From NCBI GenBank assembly GCA_964595435.1, contig CAZQQJ010000001.1, positions 41,464 to 105,463 of the forward strand: DNA of 64,000 bases, read 5' to 3'. The notes beneath the pieces were generated by a model. The model ran no database searches. It was not told the origin of the DNA and worked only from the letters and a program-made list of their open reading frames with translations. This document shows, in pieces, positions 9,031-18,422 of this stretch; the stretch's first letter is position 1, and the number at the start of each line of letters is the position of its first letter. A program made the position numbers and the translations under genes. This stretch comes from an uncultured Anaerolinea sp. GTDB lineage: Bacteria; Chloroflexota; Anaerolineae; Anaerolineales; UBA4823.

Positions 9031-10732
9031 GTTTGCTCCATCCCGGGCCGCGCACCACCTGCCCGCTCATGACGCCGGTGTGTCCTCCATGCTCGATCAC
9101 CTGCTGGCCGTTGACGAAGACGTGTACCATGCCGGAGGCGTATTGCTGCGGCTGGGCGTAGGTGGCGTTGTCGCGGATGCCGTCGAAATCGAAGATCGCC
9201 AGGTCGGCGTAGTAGCCTGGCCGCAGGGCGGCGCGCTCTTTGATCTTGAGCGTGCTGGCCGGCAGCGTGGTGAGGCGGCGGATCGCTTCTTGCAGGGGCA
9301 TCAGGCCCTCGTCGCGCACGTACTTGCCCAGGAAACGGGCGAAAGTGCCGTAGGCGCGCGGGTGGGTGCTCGATTTGAGGAAGACACCCTCCGGCGCCTG
9401 GGAAGGCGAATCGGAGGCGATGGTCACCCAGGGCTTTTTCATCTGCTTGCGCAGGTTGTCTTCGGTCATGGTGAAATACACCGTGCCGCAGTTGCTGTCG
9501 TCGGTGACCACCAGGTCGAGGATGGTGTCGATCTCGGCCTGGACGGTTGGCGGCAGAGCCGATGTGGCTGCGGCGGGAAGAGATTGGGGCACCCACTGGT
9601 CGCGCAGGGCGACCAGTTCGGCCAGGGTCTTGCCGGCGAAGGGTTTCAATCGCTCGCTCTTGAAACTGACCAGCAGGATGTTGGCGGCCGAGCCGGCCAT
9701 CCGGTACATATTTTCCCACTCATCGGTTGGGGTGGACATGTCCACGTACAGGCGCTGGCGCACGTCAGGATCTTTGAGCCGCCCGACCCATTCATGATGC
9801 CGGCCGGCCTGCACCCAGCCGGGCATGGTCGCGCCCAGGCCAGTGGCGCCAGCGGTGTAGGTGTACATATCGGCGGTGATGTGCAACCCTTCGGCGCGGG
9901 CGTTTTCTACTTTGAGCAGGACGTCATCCATCTTGCCCCAGTTCATTTGCCCCATCGCTTTCAGGTGATAGATCTCTGAGCGGATCCTGGCTGTGCGGGC
10001 GATGTGCAGCAGTTCATCGACGGCCTCCAGGAAGCGGACGCCCTCGCTGCGCAGGTGGGAAATGTAGATGCCGTCGTATTCCGCCGCAGCGCGGGCCAAC
10101 TCGACGATATCTTCGGTGCGGGTGTACATGCCCGGCGGGTAGATCAGGGCGGTGCTGATGCCCATGGCGCCTTCGCTCATCGCCTGGCGCACTGCCTGTT
10201 TCATCATTTCCATTTCCTGCCGGGTGGGTATGTCTTCGCTCAGGCCTCTCACTCCCATGCCGTAAAACCGGATGGTATCCGAGCCAACAAAAGAGGCGAA
10301 GTTGGTCGAGACTCCCCGTTTCTCAAGATGCTCCAGGTATTCACCCAGCGTCGACCAGGGGATGTCGTAGCGGATGTCGCCCTGCAGGGCGATTACCTCC
10401 TGGCGCATGATGTCGGTCAATGGGCCTTCGGACCAGCCTTCGCCAAATACCTCCAGCGTTACGCCTTGCAGGATGTCGCTCATCGAACGTCCATCCTGGA
10501 GCAGGGTGATGGGCGCCCAACTCATGATGTTGATGAAGCCCGGCGCGACTGCCAGGCCACTGGCATCGACAATATGGGCGCCGGCGGTATCATTGTGTTC
10601 CGACCGGTCTGCACTGCGGGTGACGGCGGCGATTTTCTGTCCCTGGATGGTTACGTCGCCTACGAACGGCTCGTTTCCGCTGCCGTCGTAGATTGTGCCA
10701 TTGCGAATAATGATCGGTTTATCCGTAGTCAT
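9026..10732 (-). CDS. N-acyl-D-amino-acid deacylase (D-aminoacylase) family amidohydrolase
   Basis: PIIIRNGTIYDGSG...HIVDASGLAVAPGFINIMSW is the typical D-aminoacylase N-terminus. Start at MTTDKP (ATG rc 10730-10732) with a GGAGAC RBS. The ORF-track start is a TTG extension. Confidence 0.8.
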   Translation of the reverse strand: MTTDKPIIIRNGTIYDGSGNEPFVGDVTIQGQKIAAVTRSADRSEHNDTAGAHIVDASGLAVAPGFINIMSWAPITLLQDGRSMSDILQGVTLEVFGEGWSEGPLTDIMRQEVIALQGDIRYDIPWSTLGEYLEHLEKRGVSTNFASFVGSDTIRFYGMGVRGLSEDIPTRQEMEMMKQAVRQAMSEGAMGISTALIYPPGMYTRTEDIVELARAAAEYDGIYISHLRSEGVRFLEAVDELLHIARTARIRSEIYHLKAMGQMNWGKMDDVLLKVENARAEGLHITADMYTYTAGATGLGATMPGWVQAGRHHEWVGRLKDPDVRQRLYVDMSTPTDEWENMYRMAGSAANILLVSFKSERLKPFAGKTLAELVALRDQWVPQSLPAAATSALPPTVQAEIDTILDLVVTDDSNCGTVYFTMTEDNLRKQMKKPWVTIASDSPSQAPEGVFLKSSTHPRAYGTFARFLGKYVRDEGLMPLQEAIRRLTTLPASTLKIKERAALRPGYYADLAIFDFDGIRDNATYAQPQQYASGMVHVFVNGQQVIEHGGHTGVMSGQVVRGPGWSKQ

Positions 10733-10765
10733 ACGGTCTCCTTGTCTGACTGAATGTCGTTTTGC

Positions 10766-10844
10766 GTGGCCCAAACCTGACAGGTCTTGATGATGACGCC
10801 AGATCCTCGAGTACCTGTCAAGACCTGTCGGGTTTGCGAGCAGC
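10766..10844. repeat. palindromic intergenic repeat (modules B-loop-B'), copy 1
   Basis: GTGGCCCAAACCTGACAGGTCTT...AAGACCTGTCGGGTTTGCGAGCAGC is a 16-bp inverted-repeat stem. It shares 23/23 nt with the copy at 29323-29345 and abuts the stop codon of the M81 peptidase gene. Confidence 0.6.
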
Positions 10845-12418
10845 TATTCGGAAATTGGCCCCAATCCCTTGAGCCGCACGCCGGGGCGCAGGTGGTGATA
10901 GGTGGCCTTGCTGGGGTCTTCGACGATGGCGCCAGGCGCTTCGACGACGATGATCGCACTGGAGATGGGTTCAAAATCCGCCCGGTAATGGTTGGAGCTT
11001 TTCAGGGCCAGGATTTTCATCGTTGCCGGTTCGATGCCCACCTGGCGGAAGTAGGATTGATCGTTGGCCTGGGTGCGGCGGCTGGTCACTACCACCTGGA
11101 CGCCACCCACCTGCAGGTTGGCCATCTTGCCCAGGTTGACCGGCATCCCTTTCAACATCGGCCCGGTGGCGACGAATTCTCCATCGAACAGGTGCTTGAC
11201 CTGGCAGGTGGTGAAAAAGGGCTGTTGGCCGGGAGTGAGCTTGCCGCCCAACCCGATGGTGATTTCCGCTCCCTCTCCGGCGGCGTGGGCAGCCTCCGCC
11301 GCGGCGGGATCGTACATCAAACCCAGCGCAGCGTTCTGCGCGCCATGACGGACGAGCGCTTCCAGCAGCCAGGGAGTATCGGATGTGGCGCCTCCGCCGG
11401 AGTTGTCCTGCACGTCGGCCAGGATGACGGGTTTGCTCTGGCCCTGGGCCAGGTGCATGGCTTTGGCCACAGCCCGGTCGGGGTCGAGCAGGTCGAGGGC
11501 GAAATCGGCTTCACGATCCAGGATGGCATCGTATAAGCGGTCCGCGGCGCGTTCGGCGGCTTGCCGGGTGCGGGCATAGGCGAATACGGTTGGCCCGCTA
11601 TGCGGCATGTCGGCGGGTGGGAAGCCGGCCATGATGGTGGCGGATAGAACCTCGGGTTGGCGCTCGATTTCGCCAATCAAGGCGTAGAGCGATTTGCACG
11701 GTTCTGCGTTGGTAGATTGCGTCGAGATCGGCATCAAGAACGGCAGCGGGCGGAATGCGCCGAAAATGGCCCCACCCTGCAGGGCGTGGTCGAGTATCCT
11801 GGCGCAGCGCTCGCCGGTTTCGTACAGGTCGGTGTGCGGGTAGGTGCGGTAACCTACCATGGCGGTTGCCATTTCGAAGGATTCTAGGGTGATATTACCG
11901 TGCAAGTCGAGGGAAACAACGATGTAGGAGCGGGTCGCATCGTGATGGCGGGTCGCAGACTCACCCCTACCACCGCCGTCGCCACCATCATTGTCTTCTT
12001 TGGCGAGGATGGCCCGTACGCGGCGCAGGATCTCGCTTTCGCCGTCGATAAAATCCTCTGTGACCATGGCGCCGTGCAGGTCGAGATAGACGCCATCCAG
12101 GGGGGACTGGCTGTTGGCCTCGACCAACCCGGCGGCGATCTGGCCCATGATGCGCTCGAAAGCAGTGGCAGTCACCTGGTTGGCAGGTTCGGCGGCCGTC
12201 CACAGGATGGGGACGATTTCGTGGCCCATGGCCTCGGCGGTGTTGATGAAGCCGCACGTGGCGTCGTTCAGGTGCTTTCCGCGGTGGGTAAAAATCTCCT
12301 GCCCGCGCAGGTAATTGGCGTAAGGCCCACCCGGGGCCGTGAATGCGCTGTAGGTGGTGGGCAAGGGGGAGAAGGTGTTGGTTTCGTGAAGAAACCCAGC
12401 GACTGCGATACGTGCCAT
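10844..12418 (-). CDS. M81-family metallopeptidase (microcystinase C / MlrC-like)
   Basis: MARIAVAGFLHETNTFSP is the canonical MlrC N-terminus; DLHGNITLE and the MlrC C-terminal domain are also present. Start at MARIAV (rc 12416-12418). The upstream extension in the ORF track is rejected. Confidence 0.8.
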   Translation of the reverse strand: MARIAVAGFLHETNTFSPLPTTYSAFTAPGGPYANYLRGQEIFTHRGKHLNDATCGFINTAEAMGHEIVPILWTAAEPANQVTATAFERIMGQIAAGLVEANSQSPLDGVYLDLHGAMVTEDFIDGESEILRRVRAILAKEDNDGGDGGGRGESATRHHDATRSYIVVSLDLHGNITLESFEMATAMVGYRTYPHTDLYETGERCARILDHALQGGAIFGAFRPLPFLMPISTQSTNAEPCKSLYALIGEIERQPEVLSATIMAGFPPADMPHSGPTVFAYARTRQAAERAADRLYDAILDREADFALDLLDPDRAVAKAMHLAQGQSKPVILADVQDNSGGGATSDTPWLLEALVRHGAQNAALGLMYDPAAAEAAHAAGEGAEITIGLGGKLTPGQQPFFTTCQVKHLFDGEFVATGPMLKGMPVNLGKMANLQVGGVQVVVTSRRTQANDQSYFRQVGIEPATMKILALKSSNHYRADFEPISSAIIVVEAPGAIVEDPSKATYHHLRPGVRLKGLGPISE

Positions 12419-12486
12419 ATGATTCCCTTTCTCTGATGTGGTTCGTGGATATCCGGTGCGCAGCACCGGATATCCACGAGGAATAT

Positions 12487-13692
12487 TTATACTTTGTGCA
12501 GGCTCATCAGGTCGATATTTTGCAGGAGAAGCTGGTCGGAGCCATATTTGCTGCGGTTTTTCTCCTGGAAGCGCTGGTGGGCCAGCTCGATCAATTCGTC
12601 GACCAGTCCTTGCGGCGACAGGCTGCCGCCGGGATTGGCTTCGTGCTGCCACAGGTAATAGGCAATCGAGCCAGGCAGGGTGTTGAGTTCGTTGACATAG
12701 ACGCTGCCGGTATCCTGATCCAGCAGGAAATCCACCCGGGTCACTCCCGCGGCGTCGACGGCCTCGAATGCCTGTACCGCCATTTTTTGGATCTGCCCGG
12801 TCAGCTCGGCAGAGACCGGCGCGGGGATGATGCGTTTTGCGCCTTCCATGCCGCGCCCGCTCTGGCCGTGCAGGTATTTGTCCTCATACGACAGCAGGTC
12901 GGAGCGCGAGATGGGCTGTTCGCAAACCGAAGGGCGTGGGGCGTGCCGGGGCAGGGCGGCGCCAGCGTTACCCAACACGGCGCAGTTTACTTCCAGGCGA
13001 TTTTGGACGAAAGGCTCGACGATGATTTTGGTGTCGTAGTGGCTGGCGACGCTGATGTTGAATTTCAGTTCATCCTGATTGCCGGCTTTTACCACGCCGA
13101 TGCTGGAGCCGAGGCGGGCCGGTTTGATGATCAGCGGATATTGGAACCTGGATTCGATCTTGTGCAGCACGGCTTGCTCGTCGCGCTCCCAATCGGAACG
13201 GTAGAACCAGACGTAATCCAGCACAGGCAGGCCAAAGCTGCTCAAAACCACCTTGGTCAATACTTTGTCGATGCTGATGGAGGAGGCGAGCACGCCCGAG
13301 CCGGTGTAAGGCAGGTTGGCAAGTTCCAGCAAGCCCTGGATCGTCCCGTCTTCGCCGTGCAGGCCGTGCATGGCGGGAAAGACTACGTCCAGTTCGAGCT
13401 TCTTCGGCTTGTTGAACACTCCCTTCGGCGACGGGTTGAGAATGGCCTGCAGGCCGGTATCGGGGGTGATGACGACCTGGCTCAACTCGGGGTCTTTGGG
13501 GTCGAATTTTTTGTAGGTTTCCAGTTGAGCCAGCTTTGCGCCGGTTAACCAGGCGCCGTCTTTGGTTATATAAAGGGGAATAGCTTCATGGCGTTTGGCC
13601 AGGAAACCCATCACCTGCAGCCCGGTGACAATGGATACTTCGTGCTCGGTGTTGCGGCTGCCAAAAATTACGCCAACTCGAGAAGGGGGCAT
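12487..13692 (-). CDS. ddl: D-alanine--D-alanine ligase
   Basis: VGVIFGSRNTEHEVS, HGLHGEDGTIQGLLELANLPYTGSGV, KPARLGSSIGV and YVNELNTLPG are Ddl signatures. AGGAG RBS. Confidence 0.9.
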   Translation of the reverse strand: MPPSRVGVIFGSRNTEHEVSIVTGLQVMGFLAKRHEAIPLYITKDGAWLTGAKLAQLETYKKFDPKDPELSQVVITPDTGLQAILNPSPKGVFNKPKKLELDVVFPAMHGLHGEDGTIQGLLELANLPYTGSGVLASSISIDKVLTKVVLSSFGLPVLDYVWFYRSDWERDEQAVLHKIESRFQYPLIIKPARLGSSIGVVKAGNQDELKFNISVASHYDTKIIVEPFVQNRLEVNCAVLGNAGAALPRHAPRPSVCEQPISRSDLLSYEDKYLHGQSGRGMEGAKRIIPAPVSAELTGQIQKMAVQAFEAVDAAGVTRVDFLLDQDTGSVYVNELNTLPGSIAYYLWQHEANPGGSLSPQGLVDELIELAHQRFQEKNRSKYGSDQLLLQNIDLMSLHKV

Positions 13693-13722
13693 GCGTTAAC
13701 TCCTCTTGTATTTATATTTGTG

Positions 13723-13766
13723 TTTTCCTGTGGTGTGCGCTGTATAGGGCACACACCACAGGAAAA
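13723..13766. other. stable hairpin (13-bp stem) in murF-ddl intergenic spacer
   Basis: TTTTCCTGTGGTG...CACCACAGGAAAA is not followed by a U-tract on either strand. Confidence 0.4.
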
Positions 13767-13770
13767 ACGA

Positions 13771-15504
13771 TTACTGTAGATAGATGCTCGGCAAATCATT
13801 TTCAAAAAGCACCACGTCTCCTGGGCGAGCCAGCTCAGCGAGCTTGAGATTGGCCTCCTTCAGGGTGGCAAAGCAATAATCGCCAGATGGTCGATCGCCG
13901 TCGTCACTGCCCAGCGCGGCGCGCCCTTCCAGAAAGCCCTGGCGGATGGGCTGCACGCGCTCCGGTGGGCCAACCAGGAAGACGGCATCACATACTGCGG
14001 CGGCGGCCTGGCCCAGTTTGTAATTTTCCTGCGCTTCGATCTCGCCCAGTTCGACGAAGCCCGGCGTCACCAGGAATTTGCGCCCGCCCTGAAAGGCGGC
14101 CAGTACTTCCAGCGCGATTTTCGCCCCGACCGGGTTGGAGTTATAGGCGTCGTCGATGTAAGTGATATCATTGGCGCCGCGCACCGGCTGCAAGCGATGC
14201 TCGAAGGGCGGCATGATGGCAAGCACAGGGATGATGTCTTTCAATGGGACCCGGTAGTCCGGGGGAATGAGCGCCGAGGCGGCCAGCGTTGCAGCCAGGG
14301 CATTGGAGACGTTGTGGCGGCCAAGCAGCCGAATACGGGCTGCCGTGGAGGTGGGTCTCAGACCCGCCCCTGCGGCGACGTTTTGGTACACGTTAAAGCG
14401 AGCGCCATTGCCATCAAATTGTAAATCTTCTGCCCACAGGTCAGGCGTCTCATAGGGATGGGTCTCAGATCCATCTCTACCGGATTCCATCACCGCGTAG
14501 CGCAAGACGGTGCCTACCTTCGCCTCTGGCAACCCTGCGATGTGGCCGGTCCCCTGGGTTGCATTGGCAAGAGCCAGCACGCGCGAGTCGTCGGCGTTGA
14601 AGATGGCGATCCCATCGTGGGGCAGGGCGGCGATCAGCTCGTATTTTGCCCGGGCGACATTCTCGAGAGTCTTGAAGCGCTCCAGGTGCATCGGGCCGAT
14701 TGCGGTCAGGATACCGATCTTCGGGCGGACAAGCTGGCAGATGCGGGCGATTTCGCCCTGCTTATAGGCGCCCATCTCGACGATGAAAATCTTGTGTTTT
14801 GGCTGCAACTCTTCACGGATGACTTTGCAAACGCCCATCAGGGTGTTGTAGCTGCGGGGCGTTTTCAAGACCTCGTATTTGGAGGAGAGGATGTGGGCCA
14901 GGATTTCTTTGGTGCTGGTCTTTCCGTAGCTCCCGGTGATGCCGATCACCAGCGGATCGACGGCGCGAATGATCCGCCGGGCGGAAGACAGGTAGTAAAA
15001 GCGCAGCGCCTCTTCGACGGGGAATAAAATCAAATTGGCCAGGATCAGGTTGAAGAACATGAAGAAATCGATCACCAGCAGGGCAAGCAACAGGAGGGCC
15101 AGGGCAACCGGTGGTGGTGCAGGGGCAGGTCTCAGACCTGCCCCTATGATGCGACCTGCCCCTATCCCTATTTCCGCAACGAGCACCAGGATGCCGGCCG
15201 CGATTAACCGCCTGACGCGGGTCGTGTAGACCAGTTTGGGGGCGGCGGTTTTGCGCATCGAGCGAAACCTGGCAAAACCCTGCGATGCCATTTGGGCCAG
15301 CGCGGCCAGGCCGCTCAGCCGCGGCCAGTTCCGGGCTTTGATTTGCTGTAGTGACCAGGTGAAAAAGCGCCGGTTATCGTATTCGTGTTGTTGAAAATAG
15401 CCCAGCAGGCCGATGAAATGCCAGACAGCCAGGGCCAGCCAGGCGAGGAGCAGGATGCCAGAGATCGCGGTAAGAACACCCGGCGTTGAAAATAGGCCAG
15501 ACAA
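13771..15504 (-). CDS. murF: UDP-MurNAc-tripeptide--D-Ala-D-Ala ligase (MurF)-like Mur ligase with about 170-aa N-terminal polytopic membrane domain
   Basis: GITGSYGKTSTKE (P-loop) and IDDAYNSNP (the MurF DSYNANP signature) are present. The N-terminus has 3-4 hydrophobic helices in place of the usual soluble N-domain. Putative TTG start at 15504 with an AGAGGA RBS. Start uncertain. Confidence 0.75.
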   Translation of the reverse strand: MSGLFSTPGVLTAISGILLLAWLALAVWHFIGLLGYFQQHEYDNRRFFTWSLQQIKARNWPRLSGLAALAQMASQGFARFRSMRKTAAPKLVYTTRVRRLIAAGILVLVAEIGIGAGRIIGAGLRPAPAPPPVALALLLLALLVIDFFMFFNLILANLILFPVEEALRFYYLSSARRIIRAVDPLVIGITGSYGKTSTKEILAHILSSKYEVLKTPRSYNTLMGVCKVIREELQPKHKIFIVEMGAYKQGEIARICQLVRPKIGILTAIGPMHLERFKTLENVARAKYELIAALPHDGIAIFNADDSRVLALANATQGTGHIAGLPEAKVGTVLRYAVMESGRDGSETHPYETPDLWAEDLQFDGNGARFNVYQNVAAGAGLRPTSTAARIRLLGRHNVSNALAATLAASALIPPDYRVPLKDIIPVLAIMPPFEHRLQPVRGANDITYIDDAYNSNPVGAKIALEVLAAFQGGRKFLVTPGFVELGEIEAQENYKLGQAAAAVCDAVFLVGPPERVQPIRQGFLEGRAALGSDDGDRPSGDYCFATLKEANLKLAELARPGDVVLFENDLPSIYLQ

Positions 15505-15509
15505 CAGAT

Positions 15510-16409
15510 TTATCCTCTTTCATTCCCAGGCGATGATAATCCCAGGAAGGGGAACAGGGCCGCGTTGAAAGCAGCGGGTTTTTCGATGAAAGGAAAATGC
15601 CCGGCGCCCGGGATCACTTCCAGGCGCGAGTTTTGAATCAGAGCCTGCATCTGGCGGGCATCTTCGAGCGGCGTTTCCTGATCGGATTCGCCCCAAATGA
15701 TCAAGGTGGGACACCGGATGGAGGGCAAAAAACTGCGTAAATCCTCGTTGACCACCTTCACAAAAGTCTGGCGCATCTCGCCAGCCTGCCGGTAATCGCG
15801 CGAACCCTGCCGTTCGGCCAGGCGGGAGAAGGTATTGCCGGGCAGTACCTTCGAGGTAAAACTCCCCAGGCGGCGGGCTGTTTTAGCCAGGCCGACTTTA
15901 AGGTAATAACGCCAGGTGCGCGGCGGGCGGATACCGGCGCTATCCACCAGCACCAGGCGGCGCACGTATTGTGGATATTGGGCCGCCAGCTTGATGGCGA
16001 CACGCCCGCCGAAGGAATGGCCCAGGATATCCACCGCCTGAGTTTCGGGTTTTGGGGCCCCGATCTGGCTCCCGCCACTCAGTTGCGCCGCGTCTGAGCC
16101 GGCTTCAGCTTCGCCTGTTGAGGCGGTGATGGTTTGCAAGAAATGCATAATAAAGAGCGCATACTGGCCGACATCCCAGGCGCTGGCCGGGCGTTCGCTG
16201 AAACCGAACCCGGGGAAGTCCAGTGCATAGCTGCGACAGCCTGGCGCAACGTCCGGCGATATGGGTGCAGAGGCAATCCGCTGGCTTGCCTCCATCATGA
16301 TGGGGCGCATACTGCTCGTATCGGTGCCCCATCCGTGCAATAAAAGCAGGGGAGCCCCTTGCCCGATTGCCTCATAGTAAACTTTCAAGCCATCGATAGA
16401 AACAATCAT
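15510..16409 (-). CDS. alpha/beta hydrolase fold protein
   Basis: LLLLHGWG, a GHSFGG nucleophile elbow and a C-terminal HFPFIEKP are present. Start at MIVSIDGLKVYY (rc 16407-16409). Confidence 0.75.
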   Translation of the reverse strand: MIVSIDGLKVYYEAIGQGAPLLLLHGWGTDTSSMRPIMMEASQRIASAPISPDVAPGCRSYALDFPGFGFSERPASAWDVGQYALFIMHFLQTITASTGEAEAGSDAAQLSGGSQIGAPKPETQAVDILGHSFGGRVAIKLAAQYPQYVRRLVLVDSAGIRPPRTWRYYLKVGLAKTARRLGSFTSKVLPGNTFSRLAERQGSRDYRQAGEMRQTFVKVVNEDLRSFLPSIRCPTLIIWGESDQETPLEDARQMQALIQNSRLEVIPGAGHFPFIEKPAAFNAALFPFLGLSSPGNERG

Positions 16410-16543
16410 TCCCGTACTCAACAAGGCCCGGGGCCATCGAACAGACAACCCTGCCTTATAAAGAGGATTATTGGGGAATGATGACCCACACGAGTGTGGG
16501 TCATCATTCCTTAGGCCTCTCTTTTTTGAAATTCCCGGCCAGC

Positions 16544-17428
16544 CTATTTTTTCGATACGATACGCGGGTCCAGCGCGTCGCGCAAGCCATCTCCGACGAT
16601 ATTCGAGACCAACACGACCAGGGTGAGCATCAATCCCGGAAAGACGGCCAGCCACCAGGCCGTGCGCAGGTACGGGCGACCATCGGATAACATGGCCCCC
16701 CACTCCGGTTGAGGGGGTGGGGCGCCCAGGCCGAGAAAACTCAGGCTGGCGCCTGCCAGGATTGCGCCGGACAGGTTCAGGCTGCTGATGATGATAATCG
16801 GAGCGATGACATTTGGCAAGATGTGGCGGGCCATGACTTCATAAGGGTTTGCCCCCAACGCCCGCCCGGCCATGACATAATCTTCATGTTTGAATGACAA
16901 AACGCTGCCGCGGATCACGCGCGAAAATTCGGGCAAGGCGAACAGGGCGTTGGCCAGGATGACTTGGTTGACGCCCGGGCCGAGCATGGCCACCAGCCAG
17001 ATGGCAAAGATGATCCCTGGAAAGGCCAGGATCAAATCCATCAGGCGCATGATGATACTGTCCAGGCGCCCCCCGATGTAGCCGGAGAGCAAGCCCAGCG
17101 GCACGCCCAGCAACAGGCTGAGCAGAACAGAGGCAAAGCCGACTTTCAGCGAAATCCGCCCGCCATAAATGATGCGGGTATAGATGTCACGCCCCAGGGC
17201 ATCTGTGCCAAGCCAGTGGTCGGCGGAGGGTGGCGACAACCGGTTGGCGACATCGCGCTTAATGGGATCGTAGGTGGTCAGATAGGGGGCGAAGATCGCT
17301 GATAGGAGGATGAGAACCAATCCTAACAGGGCGACCATGGCCATCCGGTTGCTGCGATAGCGCCGCCAGGCGAGCTGGGATGGGCTGAGCACTTCAAGAG
17401 TAGCGGATGCGGGGATCGAAGATGGCAT
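16544..17428 (-). CDS. peptide ABC transporter permease (DppC/OppC-like)
   Basis: A BPD_transp_1 core is present, with EAA-like motif ALGANPYEVMARHILPN and six hydrophobic segments. Overlaps the upstream permease by 35 nt. Confidence 0.85.
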   Translation of the reverse strand: MPSSIPASATLEVLSPSQLAWRRYRSNRMAMVALLGLVLILLSAIFAPYLTTYDPIKRDVANRLSPPSADHWLGTDALGRDIYTRIIYGGRISLKVGFASVLLSLLLGVPLGLLSGYIGGRLDSIIMRLMDLILAFPGIIFAIWLVAMLGPGVNQVILANALFALPEFSRVIRGSVLSFKHEDYVMAGRALGANPYEVMARHILPNVIAPIIIISSLNLSGAILAGASLSFLGLGAPPPQPEWGAMLSDGRPYLRTAWWLAVFPGLMLTLVVLVSNIVGDGLRDALDPRIVSKK

Positions 17429-18317
17429 AGCAAATATCTACGAGCAGGTTAATGAACAGGTAGACAACGGAAATGAATAAGACCGTCCCTTGTACCAGCG
17501 GGTAATCCCGGTTGTGGATGGCGTTGATCGTCAGGGTGCCCATCCCGGCCAGGCCGAAGATCGACTCGGTGATCACGGCGCCGCCCAGCAATCCACCGAT
17601 GAGAAAGCCGGCTACCGTGATGATCGGAATGGTCGCATTGCGCAGGGCGTGTTTCAATACCACGACAAATTCCGGGGCGCCTTTGGCGCGTGCGGTGCGG
17701 ATGTATTCGCTGTTGAGCACTTCCAACATCGAGCCGCGCACCAGGCGCGCCAGGAAAGCCGCTGTCCCCGTACCCAGGGTGATGGCCGGCAGGATCAGCC
17801 CTTCAATTGTGAGGCCGCCTTGTACAGGCAAGACGTTCAGATAGACCGAAAAGAACAGAATGAGCATCAAGCCCAGCCAGAAAGTAGGCAGTGAAGCGCC
17901 CGCCACGGTCAGCACGCGGGCGAGATTGTCCAGCCAGGAATTGTGCCAGTAGGCGGTGATGACCCCCACGGTCAGCCCCAAAATCATCGTATAAACAAAG
18001 CAGATAGCGGTCAGGCTTAGTGTGACCGGCATGGCATCCAGCAGGCGATCGACAACCGGCTGGCGGGTCATGCTCGACTGGCCCAGGTCGCCCCTGGCCA
18101 TGTTGGCCAGAAAGATCAGGAACTGCTGCCAGACCGGCTTATCCAATCCCTGCTGGCGGCGGATGGCCGCGATGACTGCCGGGGGAGCGTTCTCGCCGGC
18201 CAGGGCCAACACCGGGTCGCCGGGCACGACCGTGCGCAGCATCACGAACACAACGGCCACCAGGGCAAACACCAGAAAGAAAGAAGCGATCAGACGGCGG
18301 ATGATAAAGGTGGTCAT
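17394..18317 (-). CDS. peptide ABC transporter permease (DppB/OppB-like)
   Basis: The DppB-type N-terminus is MTTFIIRRLIASFFLVF...GDLGQSS. The EAA motif is YIRTARAKGAPEFVVVLKHALRNA. Confidence 0.85.
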   Translation of the reverse strand: MTTFIIRRLIASFFLVFALVAVVFVMLRTVVPGDPVLALAGENAPPAVIAAIRRQQGLDKPVWQQFLIFLANMARGDLGQSSMTRQPVVDRLLDAMPVTLSLTAICFVYTMILGLTVGVITAYWHNSWLDNLARVLTVAGASLPTFWLGLMLILFFSVYLNVLPVQGGLTIEGLILPAITLGTGTAAFLARLVRGSMLEVLNSEYIRTARAKGAPEFVVVLKHALRNATIPIITVAGFLIGGLLGGAVITESIFGLAGMGTLTINAIHNRDYPLVQGTVLFISVVYLFINLLVDICYAIFDPRIRYS

Positions 18318-18422
18318 GAGTCAGGTAGTCCAGTGATCAGGTTGTCGGGGCGAAGCCAGGTCATAGCTGGACGGACGGTTACGATCGGCCCGGCTTCGCC
18401 CTTCTGTCATTTGCCAGAGGAC

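Noticed and set aside
9031-9719. N-terminal extension of the threonine dehydratase ORF to 9719
   Set aside because: It would overlap about 690 nt of the D-aminoacylase gene in another frame. The internal start MSRPESS has a good RBS.
8112-13548. Several long plus-strand ORFs (8112-8981, 8999-9979, 10004-10753, 10787-11536, 12343-13548) overlapping the minus-strand gene array
   Set aside because: They are antisense to genes with strong family motifs (Thr dehydratase, D-aminoacylase, MlrC-like, Ddl). Their translations are Arg/Gly/Ala/Pro-rich with no recognisable motifs, typical of open antisense frames in high-GC DNA.
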